NCBI GenBank assembly: GCA_964485575.1
Contig: CAZAJO010000002.1
Coordinates: 23,230-87,229 of the forward strand
Direction: 5' to 3'
Source: an uncultured Gammaproteobacteria bacterium
Lineage (GTDB): Bacteria > Patescibacteriota > Microgenomatia > Levybacterales > GWA1-39-11
Length of the DNA stretch: 64,000 nucleotides
Shown here piece after piece: positions 26,485-34,497 of the stretch. The notes beneath the pieces were generated by a model that made no database searches, was not told where the DNA came from, and worked only from the letters and a program-made list of their open reading frames with translations. Positions within the stretch are counted from its first letter, which is position 1; the number at the start of each line of letters is the position of its first letter. The translations under genes and the position numbers were made by a program.

Positions 26485-27242
26485 ACTATAAATTAAAAAT
26501 TGCTTGGCTGTATCCGGAACTTATGTCTACATATGGAGACAGAGGTAACATAATTGTTTTGCAAAAAATTGCCGAAGACAACGGAATTGAAGTTGAAATT
26601 GTTCGAATCAACCAAACTTCTGACTCCGAACTACTAACCACTTGTAATCTAATATTTATGGGTGGTGCTCAAGATCTACAACAAGAAATTGTCAATAAAG
26701 ATCTACTTGAGAATAAAGGGGAAGTTCTAAAACAAATGATTGAAGATGGTACTCCTGGACTTTACATCTGTGGGGCTTTCCAATTCCTGGGAAATTACTA
26801 TAAAGATGCATACGGAACAAAAATCGAGGGACTCCGCATTTTTGATATGCATACTGAAAGTTATAAAAACAAACCACGCCTCATCGGGAATTGCGTAATC
26901 TCCCAAACTAAACCCTCTACCCTAAACGCTAAACCCTTCCTTGTAGGTTTTGAGAACCATGGAGGGAGAACATATCTCTCTGACAAATCGCAGGCTTTTG
27001 CGAAAGTTGAGCTAGGGCATGGCAACAATGGAACTGACAAAACTGAAGGAATACACTATAAAAATTCAATCGGAACATATCTACATGGACCTATTTTACC
27101 TTCAAACCCAGAGCTAGCTGTCTACCTGTTGGAACTTGCTTACGAAAAAAAATACGGGGAAAAAATCACTCTGAAATTTGAAGATGTCCTCTCCAAAAAA
27201 GCAAAAACTGCCATTCTAAAAAGACTTGGCGCTAAACTTTAA
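26481..27242 (+). CDS. gatD: glutamine amidotransferase GatD (CobQ-like), MurT partner
   Basis: LYPELMSTYGDRGN, ICGAFQFLG (catalytic Cys), GFENH and TYLHGP; coupled to murT. Confidence 0.88.
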   Translation: MNYKLKIAWLYPELMSTYGDRGNIIVLQKIAEDNGIEVEIVRINQTSDSELLTTCNLIFMGGAQDLQQEIVNKDLLENKGEVLKQMIEDGTPGLYICGAFQFLGNYYKDAYGTKIEGLRIFDMHTESYKNKPRLIGNCVISQTKPSTLNAKPFLVGFENHGGRTYLSDKSQAFAKVELGHGNNGTDKTEGIHYKNSIGTYLHGPILPSNPELAVYLLELAYEKKYGEKITLKFEDVLSKKAKTAILKRLGAKL

Positions 27243-28279
27243 CGGATAACATCCTCCAAAAACATTGTCCCTGCCAAATCAAGATGCAACATAAAATCTT
27301 GCGCAAACTTTGATCTTTTCTGAGGTTTTCTGCCCAAAGCATCCTGAGCACGGGTATTTCCTACAAGCAATAGTTCAAATGATTTCTTAATATCTTTTTG
27401 GTATTCCTGTAGTAGCTGTTCTGCTTCTTTTAATTTATCTCTATGAACAAGCGAAGCGAAATTGTCGGAAAAATCATTATCTGATTGAACAATCGAAACT
27501 ACTATATGATTACTAACCATCATCGATTTTCCCAACTTCAAAAGATTAGAGACTTCTTCAGGTTTTAATAACGATTCTATGTTTCCCAACCCTGATTCTA
27601 CTGTAGGTCCTTCTATAACCTCTCTTAAGAAGTGGACCATCTGCTTTGGAGAGGCCACACATACGGTGAGCTCGCCAACCATAGTCCCTGCTTTTTCAGC
27701 CTCTTCAACGAGTCTGTCGGGATCAAAACTTACCCTATCAAAGTCTTCCTTTGAAATATTGTCATGTTGCACCACCAATGTTGTGGCAGCAAAAGCTCCT
27801 AAGGCAACCGATGCGTCCAACAAGACATCGACAGGTATTTCTCCAGTAGGCATAAGTGGATTTTCAGCACGGAACACAAGATAATGGGGCAGATAGGCCA
27901 TACCCGCAAGTAAATCCCGTGTCTCGCCTACACTTAATGGACGAGTTGTATCCCCATCTTCCCGTGACGCAATCTGGATATCCCTCACGTATTTGAAGGC
28001 GCTCAAATTTTGTTGGTAGTGCTCATTTAACCTTCTCCTCTCAAGTCCACTCATTGGTTTTTCATGTGGCTCCCCATTTGGATACCTACTTGGACTATCT
28101 GAAAATGGACATTTCTGTAGCTCAAAGTCGATACCAGCCGTATGAGGATTTTCCACTCTTCTATTACTATCAAGAGGGATACCTGTTGTATCGGTAAAGT
28201 AGGTCATATGCATATCAAACAAAGAAACCGATGGGGCTAATTTTGGAGTACTTTCAGATGGTGCGAGTGTTTCTGCCAT
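27239..28279 (-). CDS. hypothetical protein, Cys-motif paralog A
   Basis: Shares CP(F/Y)S.SPSRYP.G.PH..PMSGLER.RL, YLV(F/Y)R.ENP and TVC.ASP with its neighbour. Confidence 0.75.
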   Translation of the reverse strand: MAETLAPSESTPKLAPSVSLFDMHMTYFTDTTGIPLDSNRRVENPHTAGIDFELQKCPFSDSPSRYPNGEPHEKPMSGLERRRLNEHYQQNLSAFKYVRDIQIASREDGDTTRPLSVGETRDLLAGMAYLPHYLVFRAENPLMPTGEIPVDVLLDASVALGAFAATTLVVQHDNISKEDFDRVSFDPDRLVEEAEKAGTMVGELTVCVASPKQMVHFLREVIEGPTVESGLGNIESLLKPEEVSNLLKLGKSMMVSNHIVVSIVQSDNDFSDNFASLVHRDKLKEAEQLLQEYQKDIKKSFELLLVGNTRAQDALGRKPQKRSKFAQDFMLHLDLAGTMFLEDVIR

Positions 28280-28283
28280 AAAT

Positions 28284-29408
28284 TTAACGTAAATATTTTT
28301 TTCTTCTGTCTGAGGCTTTTGCGCTAGATACTTTTACAAAAGGTCTATTTAACCCACCATTTCTTATATATTTTGCTGTCGTGAGATTGAGGCTTTCTTC
28401 AAATACCTCGAGAGGAACGTTGTCTTGATAGTCATAATCCCTACCTAATGCAAAATTGGCAGCTGCTTGATTTATAAGCATGAGAGTAACTTCTTGGGCA
28501 ACGTGCTGAAGATATGATTCGGCAGCAAGTTGCATTTCTTCCTGTCTTCCACTTGAGTATAATTTATGTAGCATTGCATATACATCCAGATCCACTACTC
28601 TAAGCTTATTGATCGTACCTACCCCTTCATACATCGCTTTTCCGTAAGCGAATAGATTGGATAATTCAGATTGATCTACAAATTTTGGAAGTGAACCTTC
28701 GCCGGTTCTTGTTGGACCTTCAATTACTGCTTTGAAGAAGTGAGCCATTAGCTCTGGGGAGGCTGCACAAACGGTTTTCTCACCAACCAATCGACCTGAT
28801 TTCTCTGATTCTTCGATCATCTGTTGTGGATCAGGCACTTGATCAAGATATTCATCTCCTTCTCCTTTTTGGACTAACATATATGAACCCAGAGCAGCTA
28901 GTGAACCTGCAGCGGCATTAGCCATAACTATCAGATCTGTAGGAAGTTCACCTAATCCTTTTACTGGATTTTCGCTTCGATAGACTAAGTAAGCAGCTGC
29001 ATAGTTGAGAGCCATCAGCACTTCTCTTGTGTCATAAATCGTAAGTGGTTCTTTTCTGTCCTCTCCATCTCTCGTCTGCTCTAGATAATAATCCCGTACA
29101 AAACTGAGGTTGCCAAGGATTTCATAGTAGTTTTCTGCCAACCTATCCCGCTCAAGCCCACTCATGGGAATCGCATGAGGTGCTCCATCCGGATATCTAC
29201 TTGGACTATTTGAATATGGACATGGCTGATATCTAAAATCTATTCCCTCATGCAATTTGTAACCATACGGGTCACGGTCACTGTCTTTTGGGATACTGTC
29301 TACATCTGTTAAAGGAGAATCTCCCATCACAATAAGTGTCAGTTGCTGACTAGAATCCATTTGAGGTGTTTCTTTTATTTTGGGGGCAGGTCCCAGCACT
29401 TCTGACAT
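28284..29408 (-). CDS. hypothetical protein, Cys-motif paralog B
   Basis: Same motifs as paralog A; promoter TTGACT-17-TATAAT 6 nt upstream of the ATG. Confidence 0.75.
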   Translation of the reverse strand: MSEVLGPAPKIKETPQMDSSQQLTLIVMGDSPLTDVDSIPKDSDRDPYGYKLHEGIDFRYQPCPYSNSPSRYPDGAPHAIPMSGLERDRLAENYYEILGNLSFVRDYYLEQTRDGEDRKEPLTIYDTREVLMALNYAAAYLVYRSENPVKGLGELPTDLIVMANAAAGSLAALGSYMLVQKGEGDEYLDQVPDPQQMIEESEKSGRLVGEKTVCAASPELMAHFFKAVIEGPTRTGEGSLPKFVDQSELSNLFAYGKAMYEGVGTINKLRVVDLDVYAMLHKLYSSGRQEEMQLAAESYLQHVAQEVTLMLINQAAANFALGRDYDYQDNVPLEVFEESLNLTTAKYIRNGGLNRPFVKVSSAKASDRRKKYLR

Positions 29409-29484
29409 GAAATTATTATAGGCTGCGTGAGGCTAAAAGTCAACGTTCCACGCTTATTAACAATAAATATTATACAATTACGCT

Positions 29485-30018
29485 ATGACTGCTAACAAAA
29501 TTCATTTTATATTGACTGGCGGAACTATTGACTCTGTTTGGAATGGATCAAGGGATACAGCAACCGTTTCTGAGCATTCTGTTTTACCCGAGTATTTCAA
29601 CAAGTTAGGAAGAAATCTTAAATTCAATACCCAGTTTGAATTTACAGAAGTCTGCATGAAGGATAGTAGGGAAATAAATGAATCAGGTAGAAAAGAGCTT
29701 GTTAAGGTGATTGAAAAAAGTGATTCAGAAAGGATTATTGTTACTCACGGCACATATACAATGCCAGATACTGCTCGTTTTCTTAAATCACACTTGACAC
29801 GTGCTGATCAGACAATTGTAATAACTGGTTCTATGGTCCCCATGGAAGGATTTGACTTTTCTGACGGTCCATTCAATTTAGGTTTTGGCATTGCTGAAGT
29901 TGCAAGGCAAAATCCGGGTATTTATGTTTGCATGAATGCAAATACTTTCAGCCCAGATGAAGTTGCAAAAGATACTACTGAAGGAAAATTCTACTCCATC
30001 TTCGACGAAAAACAATAA
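29485..30018 (+). CDS. asparaginase/glutaminase N-terminal domain protein
   Basis: TGGTID, KDS, THGTYTM, ITGSMVP and SDGPFNL. Confidence 0.82.
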   Translation: MTANKIHFILTGGTIDSVWNGSRDTATVSEHSVLPEYFNKLGRNLKFNTQFEFTEVCMKDSREINESGRKELVKVIEKSDSERIIVTHGTYTMPDTARFLKSHLTRADQTIVITGSMVPMEGFDFSDGPFNLGFGIAEVARQNPGIYVCMNANTFSPDEVAKDTTEGKFYSIFDEKQ

Positions 30019-30039
30019 AAATAGTTTATCTACTTGATG

Positions 30040-30069
30040 TTGCTTCAGTAATCTAGATTACTGTATTAT
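30040..30069 (+). promoter_or_regulatory. promoter with a perfect 18-bp palindromic operator in the spacer
   Basis: TTGCTT-[CAGTAATCTAGATTACTG]-TATTAT, 6 nt before ATG 30076. Confidence 0.7.
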
Positions 30070-30075
30070 TTTTGC

Positions 30076-30486
30076 ATGAGGAGATATGGATTCTTAGCAT
30101 CTTCCGATATATCCGAAGCTCTTAACCGTTTACGTGATGCTTTTTTAGCAGCAAAGGACGGAAATGAAGTTACTGAGATAATCAACGGTTTACTTACTGA
30201 GGATGAAAAAATTAGAATTGGCAGGAGAATATTAATAGCTGAAGCTCTTCGAAGCGAAGGTAAATACAAGGAAATTGTTCAAATCTCAAATGTAGGTTAC
30301 TCTACAATTGCGTGGGTCGCAAAACAGATAGTCAGCTTTCCGAAATGTTTTCAACTTGTTTCGATAAGAGGAAGAAAGGTCGAAAAAGAATATAGATCGA
30401 AAAGATTTCGCGAAGTCAGTCTGTCTCCGCTCCCTAATCGGAGAAAAGAATATTCTGGAATCAAGCGCTCAGACATTAAAAGATGA
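30076..30486 (+). CDS. TrpR-like (YerC/YecD) helix-turn-helix protein
   Basis: LLTEDEKIRIGRRILIAEAL...YKEI.....VGYSTIAWV pattern of the YerC/TrpR family. Confidence 0.75.
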   Translation: MRRYGFLASSDISEALNRLRDAFLAAKDGNEVTEIINGLLTEDEKIRIGRRILIAEALRSEGKYKEIVQISNVGYSTIAWVAKQIVSFPKCFQLVSIRGRKVEKEYRSKRFREVSLSPLPNRRKEYSGIKRSDIKR

Positions 30487-30488
30487 TT

Positions 30489-30518
30489 TTGCTACAGTAA
30501 TCTGGATTATGGTAGTAG
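30489..30518 (+). repeat. second, degenerate copy of the 30040-30069 operator/promoter
   Basis: ttgctacagtaatctggattatggtagtag versus ttgcttcagtaatctagattactgtattat (24/30 identical). Confidence 0.75.
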
Positions 30519-30598
30519 CAAAGAGTGAGTTAAAGAAGAATAGCTAAAGTTATGAAGATCCACTTGCGGTTTGAAGCTATCAAATCTATAATCAAGTA

Positions 30599-30886
30599 AT
30601 GAAAATAGATGTTAAGAAAGTCGCAAAACTCGCGAATCTCACGCTTTCGCTAGACGAAGAAAAGGAATTCGACAAGCAACTGACAGATATCGTAGGTTAT
30701 ATTGAAAAGCTAAACTCTGTTGATACTTCAAATATTGAGCCCACTGCTCAAGTTACTGGCCTTAAGAATAAAACACGCAATGACGACTTTGCAGACGATA
30801 ATTTGTCAGTAACAGACGCTCTCTCAGGAACTAAAAAAACACACAATGGGTTGTTTGTTGTGGACAAATTAGTTGATACAACTTAA
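30599..30886 (+). CDS. gatC: Asp/Glu-tRNA amidotransferase subunit C
   Basis: VKKVAKLANL...L..I..YIEKLNSVDT.NIEPT; upstream of gatA. Confidence 0.88.
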   Translation: MKIDVKKVAKLANLTLSLDEEKEFDKQLTDIVGYIEKLNSVDTSNIEPTAQVTGLKNKTRNDDFADDNLSVTDALSGTKKTHNGLFVVDKLVDTT

Positions 30887-30889
30887 CGT

Positions 30890-32314
30890 ATGGATGTAAC
30901 AGAATTAACAATAACAGATATTATTGAGGGTTATAAGTCAAAGAAATTTAGTGTCAGTGAGATAGTAAGCGCCTATCTAACACGCATTGAAAAACTAAAT
31001 CCAACTCTTAACGCATTCATAACAATTGACTCTGAGAATGCAAAGAGAAAAGCACTAGAACTTGATAACTCGTTAACTCGTGAACCCGTTAACGTTTCTC
31101 CTCTATTTGGAGTTCCTTTTGGAATAAAAGATATGTTCCTAACAAAAGGTGTTAGGACAACAGCCGCATCAAATGTCTTAAAAGACTATATCCCGCCTTA
31201 TAGCTCAACGGTTATAGATAGACTTGAGAATGCAGGAGCAATTTCTTTGGGAAAACTCAACCATGACGCCTGGGCTCATGGATCAAGTGGTGAAAATTCT
31301 GATTTTGGAAATACCTTAAATCCCTGGAACACTGAATATGTTCCGGGGGGTTCATCATCGGGCTCTAGCGCATCTGTTGCTTCTTCAATGGTCCCATTTG
31401 CCACTGGTACAGATACAGGTGGGTCCATTCGCCTTCCTGCTTCTTTTACCAATACTGTTGGGCTCAAACCAACTTACGGACTTGTAAGCAGATATGGAGT
31501 CATTTCGATGGCATCCTCACTTGATAGTATCGGTCATTTTTCAAAAACAGTTTTGGATGCTGCACAAATCCTTAACATCACCTCTGGATCAGACGGATAT
31601 GACGCAACCATTAGACTAGCTCAGGGAGAACAAGAGGATTACCTTGCCAATATTGGAAAGGGTATCCAGGGGATGCGGATAGGTGTACCGAAGGAATACG
31701 TTGACAAAGGATTGTCGTCTGAGGTTAAAGAAGTTTTTGAAAACAGCCTTAAAACCCTTCAAAAGCTTGGCGCTGAAATCATAGATGTTTCACTGCCTCA
31801 TACAGACGAAGGGATAGCTGTCTATTACATAGTCCAACCATCAGAAGTTTCATCAAATTTGGCAAGATATGATGGAATAAGATTTGGAAATGACAGATCA
31901 TTTTTCGGAAAGGAAGCAAAGAGAAGAATAATGCTTGGAACATATACGCTTTTGTCAGGCTATTATGACGCTTATTACAAAAAAGCCATGCAGGTTAGAA
32001 CTTTGATAAAACAAGATTTTGATGAAGCTTATAAAAAGGTTGACCTCCTTGTTTCGCCAGTGTCACCAACTCCCCCTTGGAAATTTGGTGAAAAAGTGAA
32101 TGATCCACTAGCTATGTACCTGTCAGATGCTTTGACAGTAACAATTAATCTTGCCGGAGTTCCTGGCCTTGCAGTACCTGCTGGGTTTTCTAGAAACAAA
32201 CTTCCAATAGGGATTCAGTTCGTAGGACCTCATTTTTCCGAATCACTACTCTTTCAAGTTGGGCACGCATTTGAACAAGAAACTAAATTTTATTTGGAAA
32301 AACCAAAAATATGA
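30890..32314 (+). CDS. gatA: Asp/Glu-tRNA amidotransferase subunit A
   Basis: GIKD, PGGSSSGS, GTDTGGSIRLPAS, SSNLARYDG and RRIMLGT. Confidence 0.95.
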   Translation: MDVTELTITDIIEGYKSKKFSVSEIVSAYLTRIEKLNPTLNAFITIDSENAKRKALELDNSLTREPVNVSPLFGVPFGIKDMFLTKGVRTTAASNVLKDYIPPYSSTVIDRLENAGAISLGKLNHDAWAHGSSGENSDFGNTLNPWNTEYVPGGSSSGSSASVASSMVPFATGTDTGGSIRLPASFTNTVGLKPTYGLVSRYGVISMASSLDSIGHFSKTVLDAAQILNITSGSDGYDATIRLAQGEQEDYLANIGKGIQGMRIGVPKEYVDKGLSSEVKEVFENSLKTLQKLGAEIIDVSLPHTDEGIAVYYIVQPSEVSSNLARYDGIRFGNDRSFFGKEAKRRIMLGTYTLLSGYYDAYYKKAMQVRTLIKQDFDEAYKKVDLLVSPVSPTPPWKFGEKVNDPLAMYLSDALTVTINLAGVPGLAVPAGFSRNKLPIGIQFVGPHFSESLLFQVGHAFEQETKFYLEKPKI

Positions 32315-33648
32315 ATAACACACAATACGAAACAGTAGTTGGCATGGAGATCCATGTGGAACTATCAACTACAACAAAAATGTTTTGTCGATGTCTCGTA
32401 CCTGAGCTCTCCGACAAACCAAACACCAGAACGTGTCCCGTGTGCCTTGGCCTTCCTGGTGCTTTACCTTTCCCCAACACTAATGCAATTGACTCCTGTA
32501 TCCAAATTGGACTTGCTCTTAACTGCGCAATAAATAAAGATTCATTCTTTGAAAGGAAAAACTACTTCTACCCAGATCTTGCAAAGGGATTTCAGACCTC
32601 ACAATTCCTACATCCATTTGGTGAGAAAGGATATCTAGATATTCAACTAAATGGTACGACTAAAAGAATTGGAATTACCCGTGTACACATGGAGGAGGAC
32701 ACCGGAAAGCTTTCACACTCCACAGTGGATGGAAAGGAAGTTTCGCTTATAGATTTCAACCGCTCTGGGGTTCCACTAGTAGAGATTGTTACTGAACCTG
32801 ATATCAGAAGTGGTGAAGAAGCAAAGATATTTCTAACAGAACTTCAGAAAATCATCCGCTATCTGGGAGTCAGTGATGCTGCGATGGAAAAGGGGCACAT
32901 GAGACTTGAGCCAAATATTTCACTTCGCCCAGTTGGACAAAAAGAACTGGCAAAATACAAGGTTGAGGTTAAAAATATTAACTCATTTATATTTGTTGAC
33001 AAAGCAATTCAATTCGAGGAAAAAAGACACAAGGAACTTTTAGATAAAGGAGAAATCCCAGTTCAAGAAACTCGCGGTTGGAATGAATTTAAGAATAAAA
33101 CCGTGTCACAAAGATCAAAAGAAGAAGCACACGACTATAGATATTTCCCAGAACCTGATATCCCTCCTATAAGTTTGACCGATTCTCAAATCTCAGCTAT
33201 CAAATCTCAACTCCCAGAGCTTCCGAATGAAAAAGCAGGACGTTTTACTAAGGAGTTCGGGCTTACCGAATACAATGCAGAGATTTTAACTCGGGAAGTC
33301 GGTTTGGCTAGTTATTTTGAAGAGGCAGTAAAGGTAGGGACAGAACACAACGTTGATGGCAAGACCGTAGCCAACTGGATCATCAACAAGAAACCAAATA
33401 TTGATGAGGTACTCCCGGCTTCCTTGGTAAAAATAATTGTTGAGCAAAGTACGGTTGTAAGTTTTGATGAAGAAAAACTAAAAGAAACAGTCAAGCAAAT
33501 ATTCGAGAAAAACCCACAACAAGTTGCCGACTACAAGGCTGGCAAGGTTCAACTTTTGGGCTTTTTCATAGGCCAAACGAAGCAAGCATTGCCTGATGCC
33601 AAAGACACGGACCAAATTAGAAATATGCTTACCAAAATGCTAGAATGA
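32311..33648 (+). CDS. gatB: Asp/Glu-tRNA amidotransferase subunit B
   Basis: GMEIHVEL, CPVCLGLPGALP, RKNYFYPDL, HMEEDTGK and DYRYFPEPD. Confidence 0.95.
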   Translation: MNNTQYETVVGMEIHVELSTTTKMFCRCLVPELSDKPNTRTCPVCLGLPGALPFPNTNAIDSCIQIGLALNCAINKDSFFERKNYFYPDLAKGFQTSQFLHPFGEKGYLDIQLNGTTKRIGITRVHMEEDTGKLSHSTVDGKEVSLIDFNRSGVPLVEIVTEPDIRSGEEAKIFLTELQKIIRYLGVSDAAMEKGHMRLEPNISLRPVGQKELAKYKVEVKNINSFIFVDKAIQFEEKRHKELLDKGEIPVQETRGWNEFKNKTVSQRSKEEAHDYRYFPEPDIPPISLTDSQISAIKSQLPELPNEKAGRFTKEFGLTEYNAEILTREVGLASYFEEAVKVGTEHNVDGKTVANWIINKKPNIDEVLPASLVKIIVEQSTVVSFDEEKLKETVKQIFEKNPQQVADYKAGKVQLLGFFIGQTKQALPDAKDTDQIRNMLTKMLE

Positions 33649-33651
33649 ATC

Positions 33652-34488
33652 ATGGCAAACGACAACGAAGAATCCCCAAGTCTAACAGGAATGGAAGAAT
33701 TCAACGAAAGGTTTAAGCCACAAAATCCTAATACAAGAGCTGAACAGAAAACCCCAACACAAGAACAAATCAGAGATGGCATTCGAGCAACTAAGATACA
33801 CGGAGATATCGGAGTTGAATTGGACATGCTAGCTCGCGGATCAAAATCCAAAATAGAAGTAAAAGAAGCGTTAGCAAATGCTCAACTAAAATTACTAAAA
33901 AGATTCGATAAAATGAAAAGTCAACTCGATAGACTCAAAGATATGGCATACCTAGATCCACTTACTGGTTTATTAAATAGACGAAGCTATGATGAATACA
34001 TGCAGGCTAATTCAGGCAAAAAAAAAGGTATACTTTTTATTGATGTTGATAACTTCAAACAAGTCAACAATTTCGGGTATGAAGTTGGAGATGAAGCATT
34101 AAAAATTGTTTCAAATGCAATGCTCGACAGCCGGGGTGGAAATCCTATATTATTTAGAGTTGGTGGCGATGAATTTGTTGCAGTATATGAAGAAACAGAT
34201 GATCCAACGACCCTAAAAATAAATGCAGAAGAGACAAGAGAAAATGTAGGTTCGACTGAGTTGGAAACAACTACAGGTGAGGTTGTGCCATTTTCAGTAA
34301 GTGTTAGTGGAGGGATTTTTGCTGGAGGAAGCCTAGAAGATGTTGATGCTTACAAAAACATGGTATCATCTGCTCTTTTAGCAAATAAACAACAAGGTAT
34401 AAAAAATGTATCTTATATATTTGGAGTGGATGATATGAAAACAGGAGGAGATACCCCACCTTCTGTACAAGTGTCTGACGCGGCGTAG
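33652..34488 (+). CDS. GGDEF domain protein (putative diguanylate cyclase) with an N-terminal coiled coil
   Basis: DPLTGLLNRR, DVDNFKQVN, GD and RVGGDEF. Confidence 0.85.
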   Translation: MANDNEESPSLTGMEEFNERFKPQNPNTRAEQKTPTQEQIRDGIRATKIHGDIGVELDMLARGSKSKIEVKEALANAQLKLLKRFDKMKSQLDRLKDMAYLDPLTGLLNRRSYDEYMQANSGKKKGILFIDVDNFKQVNNFGYEVGDEALKIVSNAMLDSRGGNPILFRVGGDEFVAVYEETDDPTTLKINAEETRENVGSTELETTTGEVVPFSVSVSGGIFAGGSLEDVDAYKNMVSSALLANKQQGIKNVSYIFGVDDMKTGGDTPPSVQVSDAA

Positions 34489-34497
34489 AATTTATTT

